A program made the position numbers and the translations under genes. A stretch of 63,967 bases of DNA, the filler included, from Octopus bimaculoides (taxonomy: Eukaryota), in the NCBI RefSeq assembly GCF_001194135.2. It is 7 parts of 7 records of this genome, joined end to end, with 100 filler letters (N's around TTAATTAATTAA, not from the genome) between each part and the next. Parts side by side here need not be neighbours in the genome. Positions count along the whole stretch, not along the records: positions 45,468 to 56,423 come from NC_068989.1; positions 56,524 to 59,598 come from NC_068984.1; positions 59,699 to 62,551 come from NC_068983.1; positions 62,652 to 63,967 come from NC_069003.1; 3 more parts are not named here. One strand, 5' to 3'. The number at the start of each line of letters is the position of its first letter. The first letter of the stretch is position 1. The notes beneath the pieces are model-generated. The model did not search any database, was not told the DNA's origin, and saw nothing but the letters and a program-made list of their open reading frames with translations. Below, piece after piece: positions 52,851 through 63,967 of this stretch.

Positions 52851-54530
52851 AGAGTTTATCGGAGGAATATAGACAAGAGAAAAAGAGAAATGAAAAGAAA
52901 AAGGAAAAAAAGGAAAAAAGTTCGTTAAGTCTTTAGGCTTACATTTGTCATTTTCCTCACTTGTTGCTCCATTCATCTAACTGAAGAAACGTGCACATAC
53001 GTGGATCCCCAAAAAGGGCACAATAATGTAAGGCTAGAGACTTAACGAACTTTTTTCCTTTTTTTTTCCTTTCTCATTTCAGTTCCCTGTTTTTCCTATC
53101 TATATTCCTCCGATAAACCCTAAATCTAATTGTTAACCGTTGATCCATTTCTTTCCTGATCAGAATATATTAAACCACAGTTTTACCGTTTAAATTACCA
53201 ATAACTGTTAACCTTATAGCAAGGCCTGCACAAAGTGAGGTAATACACCAGTAGTGCCTACGGATACATTTATCCCTTAGACGGTTGCATAATCTATAAC
53301 TCATAATCTTTTATATATAACTAACGAAAAGATATTTAATAGAATTTCTGAGCGACTATCGAGATGCCTACACGCATATAAATGTACTTTTGCACAATGC
53401 AGTGAGAATGTACATTGAGTAACCGTTAACTTAATGTAATTTAATTTAAGGTATGGGTGGCTTCAGTTTACTTTTAATCTCCCCGTTCTTCGAAACACCA
53501 AGTAAATAACTAACTCACATTGTGATCATGAGTGCACCAAACCTCACATTTTTACTGATGCTTGAATGAGCATGTGTACTCTTGTCATGCAATTGCACGA
53601 GGGCGTTTATACATCCATATCTGTTAAAGGTTATTTTCAATACTTTTCTCGCTAGATTACGTGTTCGTTTCTCTTTGTTTTCTGCAATTTTATTTTTGAT
53701 CTTCTATATATATGAAGATTTTTTCCTCTGTCTGGCTGCTTTTTTTCTCTACAGAACAGCAAGTTAAATTGTGGAATAGTCATTTTAACGAGTTGTTTTT
53801 ATTTATTTATCACTTGACGAGATACATCTTCACCACCGGATGCTCCTAGTTGTTGAGTGTCCCACAAGAGGAATCGATGCTAGATGTGTCGAAACAATTG
53901 TCGTGATTAATAATAAATTCTCGTATATTCTATCTGTCTTTCATTTGTTATATATATATATATATATATATATAGATAGATAGATAGATATACATATACA
54001 TGTATACATACATATACATACATATATATAAATATGTATATATATATATACATATACATGCATACACACCCACACACTTTCCTTCACACTAAAATGTTTT
54101 AATGTGTTTGTGTGTGGGTGTGCGGTGGTGTATGTGAGCGTGACAAAGACATGTTTCTGGTTGTTATCCATATATAAACAGCTCCTTGAGGAAAACCAGC
54201 TATGCTAGAGAATTTACCTCATTTTCTTCATGATTCAACTAATTACACTACAACGGTCCACCGTTCCAAATGCCTCTCCTTCCTCTCCTTTGAGATAATA
54301 AGCATAGAAACATAGTTTGGATTTTTTCTCCCAGAATATATTTTCATGCTTTCAATGAATTACTCCGCAGTTTTTTTTAATTTGAATTATTCACAGATAT
54401 TGGAATGCAAACATGTTCCATATTTGCCTGGAAACGGAAATTAATAATTGAAATCATTTTAGTCATCATTTATTTAATATGACATAATGTAGATGATAAT
54501 AATAATGAGGATGAGGACGATAATTATAAT

Positions 54531-54746
54531 AATCCTTTCTGCAATAGGCACAAGGCCTAGAATTTGCGAGGGTAACAGTCAATTAGATCGACCCCAAAGT
54601 GTCACTGGTACTTAATTTATCGACCCCAAAAGAATGAAAGGCAAAGTCGACATCGGCATTATTTGAACACAGAACGTAAAGGCGAACGAAATCCCGCTAA
54701 GCATTTTGCCCGATGTGTTAACGATTCTGCCAGTTTACCGCCTTAA
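54531..54746 (-). mobile_element. tRNA-derived SINE, family B, full length
   Basis: Tail AATCCTTTCT...AGGCACAAGGCC, body CTGGTACTTAATTTATCGACCCC, head ACGATTCTGCC; embedded in (AAT/AAC)n. Confidence 0.85.
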
Positions 54747-54828
54747 TAACAACAACAACAATAATAATAATAATGATAATAAAAATACTAATAATAATAA
54801 CAAAAACAACAACAACAACATCAACAAC

Positions 54829-54882
<54 letters not shown>

Positions 54883-55821
54883 TCTTTAAAAGTTTGACAC
54901 AAAGGTAAAAATCTTGAGGGAGGGGTACTCATTCTCTCANNNNNNNNNNNNNNNNNNNNNNNNNNNNNNNNNNNNNNNNNNNNNNNNNNNNNNNNNNNNN
55001 NNNNNNNNNNNNNNNNNNNNNNNNNNNNNNNNNNNNNNNNNNNNNNNNNNNNNNNNNNNNNNNNNNNNNNNNNNNNNNNNNNNNNNNNNNNNNNNNNNNN
55101 NNNNNNNNNNNNNNNNNNNNNNNNNNNNNNNNNNNNNNNNNNNNNNNNNNNNNNNNNNNNNNNNNNNNNNNNNNNNNNNNNNNNNNNNNNNNNNNNNNNN
55201 NNNNNNNNNNNNNNNNNNNNNNNNNNNNNNNNNNNNNNNNNNNNNNNNNNNNNNNNNNNNNNNNNNNNNNNNNNNNNNNNNNNNNNNNNNNNNNNNNNNN
55301 NNNNNNNNNNNNNNNNNNNNNNNNNNNNNNNNNNNNNNNNNNNNNNNNNNNNNNNNNNNNNNNNNNNNNNNNNNNNNNNNNNNNNNNNNNNNNNNNNNNN
55401 NNNNNNNNNNNNNNNNNNNNNNNNNNNNNNNNNNNNNNNNNNNNNNNNNNNNNNNNNNNNNNNNNNNNNNNNNNNNNNNNNNNNNNNNNNNNNNNNNNNN
55501 NNNNNNNNNNNNNNNNNNNNNNNNNNNNNNNNNNNNNNNNNNNNNNNNNNNNNNNNNNNNNNNNNNNNNNNNNNNNNNNNNNNNNNNNNNNNNNNNNNNN
55601 NNNNNNNNNNNNNNNNNNNNNNNNNNNNNNNNNNNNNNNNNNNNNNNNNNNNNNNNNNNNNNNNNNNNNNNNNNNNNNNNNNNNNNNNNNNNNNNNNNNN
55701 NNNNNNNNNNCACAGCACATACTCAAGGCACACAGAGCTGCGCTCGGTAGTGAAGTGAAAGCACGTTATAAAAATAAAACTACTGAACAATAATAATAAT
55801 AATTGGTTGAGAAAGGATAGT

Positions 55822-56205
55822 GGTATAAGTACTTGGGTAAACTGGAAGCAAGTGAGATAAAAACGCAGAAATGAAACAAATCATTGTTAGAGAGTAGACA
55901 AGGTGAGTTAGAAAATTATTGCAGTCTAACCTGAATTCCAAAAATCTCATTGAAGTAATAAATTTACCATATACCTTATACCTTGCTACAAATTTCATAA
56001 TTGACGACTTAATATAATGTTCAAAGCTTGTACAGAAAGTTTGTCTATTAGAGACAGCAAAGATTATCAGGAGGGTTATAAGCACTTGAAAGGCTGCTGA
56101 AAACTTGCGGATACCTAAGGTTAATGGTAGTGACCTGCTATCTAAATAATCCTTACCAGGAATAAGACCGAACATAATCCAAACCAAAATAACAATAATA
56201 ATAAT
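55822..56205 (+). pseudogene. R4/Dong-like (RLE-clade) non-LTR retrotransposon 3' fragment, internally deleted
   Basis: YKYLGKLEASEIKT..MKQIIVRE*TR*VRKLLQSNLNSKNLIEVIN (end of RT) joined to LVQKVCLLETAKIIRRVI (C-terminal motif), ending in (AAT)n. Confidence 0.7.
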
Positions 56206-56423
56206 CCTTTCTACTATAGGCACGAAGCCTGAAATTTGGCGGGAGAGAGTCAGTCGATTAGATCGACCCCAGTACGCAACTGGTACTTAATTTATCGACC
56301 CCAAAAGGATTAAAGGTAGAGTCGGCTTCGGCGGAATTTCAACTCAGAACGTAAAAAGAGACAAAATACCACTAAGCATTTCGCCCGGCGTGCTGATGAT
56401 TCTACCAGCTCGCCGCCCTCAAT
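56203..56423 (-). mobile_element. tRNA-derived SINE, family B, full length
   Basis: Aligns with 54531-54746 throughout. Confidence 0.85.
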
Positions 56424-56523
56424 NNNNNNNNNNNNNNNNNNNNNNNNNNNNNNNNNNNNNNNNNNNNTTAATTAATTAANNNNNNNNNNNNNNNNNNNNN
56501 NNNNNNNNNNNNNNNNNNNNNNN

Positions 56524-56645
56524 TACCCCGTGTTCAACTGGTACTTATTTTATAGACCCCGAAAGGATGAAAGGTAAAGTGGAATTTGAACTCAGAGCAC
56601 AAAGATTGAAGAATACCACTATGCAGGTTGCCCGGCGCGCGAATT
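56524..56645 (-). mobile_element. SINE family B fragment
   Basis: CAACTGGTACTTATTTTATAGACCCCGAAAGGATGAAAGG...GAACTCAGAGC. Confidence 0.7.
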
Positions 56646-56879
56646 TTGTTTTCCCACCAGAGTTCCAGATCCCAGTTATGAATCATTTGTATACAGCCGA
56701 CCAGAACTTAATTATCAAACTAATTTATGAACGTATAACAAGTGATGAACGATAAAATAAGGTTACTTGGATAAGGAATGACCATGCTTCTTTTCTCTTT
56801 TAAAAATGCTTGTTGTTCTTGTGCTTGTTTCAACCATGGCTGCCTCTGCCTAATTATTTGTGTTGTTTACTTTGTAAAA

Positions 56880-57330
56880 CTGTAATGGGAGAGGGTTGCT
56901 CGCACATCACCCTCTACCCACACTTTCCCCGTCCACGTCTTTACCATATCGGGCCCTAACAAAATCTGATTATAGGTATTGATACAAATCTATCTAATTA
57001 CTTGTCTCCTTCTAAAACCAGGCATAACTTGGCGATCGGCCGACTTACAACACCGTTCTTCGTCTCGAGTTTACTTGGTAGAGTGTGTTTTACCAATAGA
57101 TTGGTTGTTTTTAACACATTCACGAATGTCATATTGGGCTTTGCGTTTAGGAATAATCTGAGAGATGAACGTATATGATCCTTCGTTATTCGCATGGCTG
57201 TCTCTGCGTAGTTGAACAAGGTCAATGTGAGCTCTGATTGGTTCTATACAAATCTGGAACTGGGGTCCGGAGGAGACTGTCACATTATCCCACGAACTTT
57301 CGCATAACCTCTAAGATTGGGCGTGGAGGA
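56880..57330 (-). pseudogene. BEL/Pao LTR retrotransposon pol C-terminal remnant with possible start of 3' LTR
   Basis: Minus ORF ends ...KLETKNGVVSRPIAKLCLVLEGDK*, matching the T..G...RPI.KLC.L terminus typical of BEL/Pao pol. Confidence 0.6.
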
Positions 57331-58053
57331 AAATGAAAGTAAGAGGCCACAATTTATAGATTACTGTAGTAAGAAACAGCCAATCAAGACATAATTTTGA
57401 CCTCAGACTGAAGTCTGAGTTCAAGGTTTATTTCTTGCTTCAGAGTGGACTCCGCTAAGGGGGCTTAAGGTACCAGGTGGTGGTGATGGTGTTAAACCGT
57501 GTGGCGGATTAAATATAGCACTTAATGTCTTAATGGTGTCAACATTTGTGTTTTGGGCGGGTTTTACTGTTGGCAGTTTATATGAGCTGGAAAATGGAGT
57601 ATTCAATAAAAATAGTGTGAAACATAAATTATAGGCACATTGTGGACACAGCTATCTCTGAAGACAACCGGAGAATGAATACTCCATTCACTCACAACAC
57701 AAATAAAGCAGGCACTTTTAAACTATACAAGCGTAATCTTGTCATCTTCTGTGGTAAATGGAGCGTGACAGTGTTGTCAGTGGCAAACAAAGATAATTGT
57801 TTTCGGAAATTGATAAATTATTGAAGTGGCTGCTTATGGAACGTGAGTTCGAATCCACATGGAGACGTTTCATTTCCATTGCGTTTCTGTTGTCCGAATA
57901 CTTTATTCCACATGCTTGGTTTCATCAAGCTTGATAAGGAGCAGCTATCAATCACATCATCTGAGAATGTTAACCCATGAAAGACTGGCGTTCTGTCAAG
58001 AGAGGAGAAAGAGATTAATTTCTCATCCGATTCATGGCAACATTAATAATGAT

Positions 58054-58272
58054 AATCCTTTCTGATACAGGTACAAAATCTCAAATTTGGATAGAGGGGG
58101 GAGGCTAACCGATTACATTTACTCCAATGTTTAACTGGTATTTACTTCATCGACCCTAAAAGGATCAAAAGCAAAGTTGACCTTGGCGGAATTTGAGCTC
58201 AGACGTAAAGACAGACATGCTGTTAAGCTTCTTGTCCAGAGTGCTAACAGTTCTGTCAGTTCGCTGTCTTAA
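58054..58272 (-). mobile_element. tRNA-derived SINE, family B (older copy)
   Basis: Aligns with 54531-54746 with more divergence. Confidence 0.75.
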
Positions 58273-58276
58273 TAAG

Positions 58277-58400
58277 AATCCTTTCTACTAAAGGCACAGA
58301 GCCTGAAATTTTGAGGGAGGGGACTAGTCGATTACATCAGCCCCAGTGTTTCACTGGTACTTAATTTATCGCCTCCGAAAGGATGAAAAGTAAAGTCAAT
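58277..58400 (-). mobile_element. 5'-truncated SINE, family B
   Basis: Tail and body present; head replaced by the family C tail at 58403. Confidence 0.75.
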
Positions 58401-58402
58401 AT

Positions 58403-58536
58403 CCCCGAGAACTACGTTAAGGGTACACGTGTCTGTGGAGTGCTCAGTCACTTGCACGTTAATTTCATGAGCAGGCTGTTCCGTTGATCGGATCAACTGG
58501 AACCCTCGACGTCGTAAGCGACGGAATGTCAACAAC
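58403..58536 (+). mobile_element. SINE family C 3' tail fragment
   Basis: Inverted near-copy of 58940-59065. Confidence 0.8.
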
Positions 58537-58932
58537 TACAACATGTGTGTGTGTGTGTCTGTGTGTGTATGTGTACTCGTGCGTGTGTACAAAGAGAGAG
58601 ACTGTGTCGTGCTGATTCTGACGAGAATTATGTTAGGTGTACAAGCGTCTATGGAATGCTCAACCGCTTCCTTATACATTAAGGTAATGAGTGGAGGCGA
58701 TTCAGCTGACCAAAAGTAAGTAGTTTCAAGTGGCTGAAGGAACTGCTGTCCACAAATCTAAATACGTTTCCAGCAGAAGCAACTTTTCCGCTGACCGAAA
58801 ACTTGCGTGAATCTGTTGCTAATCTCAACAAATTTTCCTCTCTTCTTCCCGTCTCTCTCTGACTATAAAATTAACTTGATCAAAACACAAGCCATATTTT
58901 CCCTTACATTGTGTGTTGTATATATATATATA

Positions 58933-59256
58933 GGAGGACTCCGTCGGTTACGACGACGAGTGTCCCAGCTGATACGATCAACGGAACAGCCTGCTCGTGA
59001 AATTAACGTGCAAGTGGCTGAGCATTCCACAGACACGTGTACCCTTAACGTAGTTCTCAGGAAGATTCAGCGTGACACAGAATATGACAAGGCTGGCCCT
59101 TTGAAATACAGGTACAACTCATTTTTGCCAGCTGAGTGGACTGGAGCAACGTAAAATAAAGTGTCTTGCTCAAGGACACAACGTGTGGCCGGGAATCGAA
59201 CTCACGACCTTACGATCGTAAGTAGAATGCCCTAACCACGAAGCGAAGCGCCTTCA
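58933..59256 (-). mobile_element. tRNA-derived SINE, family C, full length
   Basis: Minus head TGAAGGCGC...GTGGTTAGGGCATT...GTGAGTTCGATTCCC (A and B boxes), then TGTGTCCTTGAGCAAGACACTTTA. Confidence 0.85.
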
Positions 59257-59303
59257 ATCCCTTACATTACAAATAGGAATTCAATAAATAAAATAAATAA
59301 TAT

Positions 59304-59598
59304 AGGCGCAGAAGTGGCTGTGTGGTAAGTAGCTTGCTTACCAACCACATGGTTCCGGGTTCAGTCCCATTGCGTGGCATTTTGGGCAAGTGTCTTCTAC
59401 TCGGGCCGACCAAAGCCTTGTGAGTGGATTTGGTAGACGGAAACTGAAAGAAGCCCGTCGTATATATGTATATATATATATATATATGTGTGTATATGTC
59501 TGTGTTTGTCCCCAACATCGCTTGACAACCGATGCTGGTGTGTTTACGTCCCCGTAACTTAGCGGTTCGGCATAACAGACCGATAGAATAAGTACTAG
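59304..59598 (+). mobile_element. tRNA-derived SINE, family A, with internal (TA/TG)n and 3' tail
   Basis: Head AGGCGCAGAAGTGGCTGTGTGGTAAG...GGGTTCAGTCCC; the tail CATCGCTTGACAACCGATGCTGGTG is also at 63500. Confidence 0.85.
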
Positions 59599-61404
59599 NN
59601 NNNNNNNNNNNNNNNNNNNNNNNNNNNNNNNNNNNNNNNNNNTTAATTAATTAANNNNNNNNNNNNNNNNNNNNNNNNNNNNNNNNNNNNNNNNNNNNTA
59701 TATATATATATTACCAATACCTGACATTCATACATATATATATATATATATATTTGTACACATATATGTACATATCTGCACACACGCGTGTGTATGTATA
59801 TTTGTATACATTTATATAATTGGGTGTATGTGTATTCATATATGCAAATACGTGCACAGTATAAAGGATATCTATACCACAGTGAATCATTCGTCACCTA
59901 TAAGCATGTAAGCATATTCATGACATTTTACTCTTTTATAAATAAATCACACGGTAAATTAACTATAGACTATACTTCGTATATATTATTTTGTGTTCTA
60001 AGGAAAAACAGGAAGACATTTTCATTTGTTTATTAATACAAAACTAACAAACTGTTGTATAACCTCATTTAATATATTTCAAAATAATTTCTAGGAGAAT
60101 TTGAGCTTTTGGGAGTAGAAGATACCTTTCAAGCTCTCCATTGCTGTGTCGCTATGTACATAACATTTGACAATTACATTCCTAACGGAACATTTTCGAA
60201 GTGTTTTAACTTTTCATATTACAGAAACTCCTCTTCTATTACCAATAAATTTTTTCCATCTACATTTTTAAACTTAATGCATGCTACAGTCCACCAGATA
60301 TCAAGCTCTGGTGACACGTCTTATATTTTCTCTTCCACTTTTTGTCTTAAATAACTGTGTAAGGTGAGAAGTAACTAACACTTGCAGGAGACAATTAACC
60401 GGATGTTTGATGAGTACTTCACTGAGCAATTCCTGTACGACTAATTTGTATAATTAGTGCCTAGTAATGACACCTGTACCATTCAGTTAGGCCAAGTATA
60501 CACATTTTCAGGTGCAGACATTTAAGTGAGAAAGATTGCTAATGAGCTGTCCGTTACAAAGATGCTTCCAATAATCTTCTACCACAAATAATGTAAATCA
60601 GTTTTTCGCAGATGGTTGCCCGAAATTCTGCAAATTTAAATTGTTGAGTTTGACAGAAATTAAAAATTCTATTGATACATGTTGGCACACTTGTTACAGT
60701 TCTTCGCATATGTGGTTTTGCTCCAAACGTTCACGCGATCTTAGTGTCAGCAGCTGTGATGGTGATGGTCGTGATGATGCAGTGCTTTCTTACTCTCTGA
60801 CACATACTGCATTGCTTGCACTGTTTTGTTGTTAGAGTTGCGAACACTGGTACGTTCAGTGGCAGTGATGGCGAGATTTAATTGTTGCCATGCAATGCTT
60901 TACATACCAATATACTACTATTGATTTTGTTGTGATGGTTACAAACTACGGCAGCTGATGCAGCGGCGCTTAGCAGATTTAAATTTTCTCCTTCTTTGTA
61001 CTTCAAATGAGGACGAATCTCCCTCATTTCTTCACAAGCTGGTTATTGAATACGTCGCCATCTTGTAAATTTCAGTGTACTGAACAAAACATTTCAGAAT
61101 TCAATCATAATTTTTAGTTCCCTAAAGTGAAAGACACAAAATAACTAACTAGCTGACTAGGGTGTTGGAAGGCTTAACAACAGGTAAATAAGACCATTAA
61201 CAATGGAAATTTGTCTAGATATTCAAATAAAACAAAAATGACTCGAGAGCCGGAGTGTACGAGTTGATACAACGAGCAATAACAACAATACAAATAACGA
61301 CACTGTTCATAATAATGAAACCTATAACGAAAGAAGCAATAACAACAACATAAACAACAAAATAATGATAATAATGTTTTCTGTGTTCTTCTTCTTTTTT
61401 TCTT

Positions 61405-61428
61405 CTTCGTCTTATAATAATAATAATG

Positions 61429-61519
<91 letters not shown>

Positions 61520-61714
61520 CAATAATAGAAACAATAATAGAAACACTATGATCACAACTACAATCACTATCAGAACTAAAGCCAGCTCTGAACCACCACC
61601 ATCATTGCCCAATAAGGATCATAATCACCATTACCAATATCCTCCTCCTCCTCCTCCTCCTCCTCCTCCTCCTCCTCCTCCTCCTCCTCCTCCTCATCAT
61701 CATCATCATCATCA

Positions 61715-61752
<38 letters not shown>

Positions 61753-61755
61753 GTC
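61405..61755. repeat. (AAT)n followed by (CCT)n(CAT)n(CGT)n microsatellites
   Basis: Seen directly; explains ORF 61365..61862. Confidence 0.95.
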
Positions 61756-62095
61756 TTGTTATTATCGATCCAGATTTTATGTCTATTTTTATTTCTTTCT
61801 GTTCTGTTTACCCTTTCTTTTTTTTTTTTTTTAAATATATTTGCGATATAGTTTTTCGCTGATTTAGTTGCTACATTTCCTTCTGTGTTTCAGAGTTTAG
61901 TTGTTACTTCTTTTACTAGTTTTTACTTTTCCGAATCTTTTATTTTAATGCGTTTGTGTCTTTGTGAATTTCTCTCTATTTGTTTTGTTTCGTTTATACA
62001 TAAATATACAAACGCACATATACGATCATAGAATTATATAGATGTGTATGTGTGCATGTATTTATATATACGTATGTATGTATGTATCTATGTAT

Positions 62096-62141
<46 letters not shown>

Positions 62142-62506
62142 GTGTGTGTGTATGTATATATGTATTGTGTTTGTTACCCCCAATTGTGTTTGAGGTGTAA
62201 AAACATTCAATATAGATTTTTAAACAATTATTTTTCAATAAAACTTTTCTCGTTTGGTTACCAGCGCTCCGTTTCTCTCTTTCTATGGGACGTCTCTTTC
62301 TCTCTGTCTCTGTCTCTCAATACATATATACAAAACTGCATACATATACATAGTAAATGTTCATATATATATGGTTGTGTTTGTGTCTGTGTGCGTATGT
62401 GTGTGCGCATGGGTGTGTGTTATATACCTATATATATGTATGTATGATGAAATATATCTTTCCATGTATATGTATGCGCATTCACATATATACATATGTT
62501 TATATA

Positions 62507-62551
<45 letters not shown>

Positions 62552-62651
62552 NNNNNNNNNNNNNNNNNNNNNNNNNNNNNNNNNNNNNNNNNNNNTTAAT
62601 TAATTAANNNNNNNNNNNNNNNNNNNNNNNNNNNNNNNNNNNNNNNNNNNN

Positions 62652-62694
<43 letters not shown>

Positions 62695-63380
62695 AAAGAG
62701 GGAAAGAGAGAATGATAGAGAGGGTGAGGGGGCGAAGATTGGATGAAAGGATGAAAGAGACTGGAGAAACCGAAGAAAGATAAACAGAAGAGATAATTAA
62801 AAATTAAGCCACGAACCGCCAGATCAAGTGAGAGAAAGGAGGGGGGGTAAAGAGAAAAGGAGAGAGAAAGAGAGTGAGAGCAGGAGGGGGATGAATAGGT
62901 AAACATACCGACAAACTGATACGCAGACATACAAGACAGAAGATATAAGGAAAAAAAATGAGAAAATGAATAAATAATATATAAACCTTTCCAGTAGCCA
63001 GGAAGACTTAGTAATGAGAAGCTGGTGAAGACAGAGATCAGACGTGAACTGAAACAACAGCACCATTGTTAGTGGGGTGGGCTTTTTTATTCTTTGTTTT
63101 TGCCGGTGTATTTACTGGTTGTTGCGATTTTCTATTTTCCCAGTTTGGTCGTCTGCTTAATTGAGAGAGAAATGGAGGGAGAGGGTTCAGAAGTGGGGAA
63201 TAACGGGAAAAGAAGTTCAAGAGAAGGGAAAAGATAAAGTGAGAGAAAGGAGGAGAGGGAGCAGCGAGGGAGAAGGAGGGAATAGAGGAAGCAAGGTGCT
63301 TACATANNNNNNNNNNNNNNNNNNNNNNNNNNNNNNNNNNNNNNNNNNNNNNNNNNNNNNNNNNNNNNNNNNNNNNNTCG

Positions 63381-63459
<79 letters not shown>

Positions 63460-63485
63460 GTGTATGTGTGTGTATTTTCGTGTCT

Positions 63486-63610
63486 GTGCTTGTCACCCAC
63501 CATCGCTTGACAACCGATGTTGGTGTGTTTACGTCCCATAAATTAGCGATCAGGCAAAAGTGACCGATAGGTATAAGTACTATGCTTACAAGGAATAAGT
63601 CCTAAAGACT
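63486..63610 (+). mobile_element. SINE family A 3' tail
   Basis: CATCGCTTGACAACCGATGTTGGTGTGTTTACGTCCC matches 59515-59555; the head is presumably in the upstream gap. Confidence 0.7.
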
Positions 63611-63843
63611 GTCAATTGATCGCCTTATCTCCTTCTCTCCCCCCACTCCCCCTCTCCCCCTCTCATTTCTCCCTTCATATATTTTTACACACATACATAC
63701 ATATATGCAGTTATATGTATATATAGTCTCGACAAAGAACGAGATTCCGCTGGTGTAGAAAATTCAGGTAAATCCAATGTATGGGTCTAGCAAAAGTAAA
63801 ATATAATCCAAGTAAGAAGACAAAGAGCTTAGCTTATCATTAA

Positions 63844-63888
<45 letters not shown>

Positions 63889-63967
63889 GTCTGTCTGTCT
63901 GTCTGTCAGTCTCTCTCTTTCTCTCTCTCTCCCTCTGTATGTGTGTGTGTGTGTGTGTATATATATA

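Noticed and set aside
63023-63075. CTGGTGA...GAAAC...TTGTT as an HHR
   Set aside because: Helix II is only 2 bp, the core is non-canonical and there is no helix I; likely chance.

Overview
AT-rich eukaryotic genomic DNA saturated with microsatellites and with many N gaps. The repeat families resemble those of coleoid cephalopods such as Octopus (inference, not a database result). I cannot support any intact protein-coding gene: nearly all ORFs in the track come from microsatellites or N runs. Six identical 44N-TTAATTAATTAA-44N linkers mark artificial joins, so the window is at least 7 segments whose adjacency is unproven. Recognisable content: many tRNA-headed SINEs in at least three families, plus decayed fragments of Ty3/Gypsy, BEL/Pao, mariner, DD37D-like Tc1/mariner, R4-like and L1/Tx1-like elements. 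The most interesting signal is RNA-structural. Several unrelated minimal type I hammerhead ribozyme (HHR) motifs of the kind known from Penelope-like elements (PLEs) occur at 15.5, 19.4, 19.8, 29.9, 31.0 and 52.8 kb. One is the tail of a tRNA-headed SINE-like element. They repeatedly sit in or next to head-to-head inverted duplications, and several further long fold-back repeats are present. This suggests a set of non-autonomous, ribozyme-bearing retroelements mobilised by PLEs. All structures were read by eye and need folding, covariance-model and cleavage tests.
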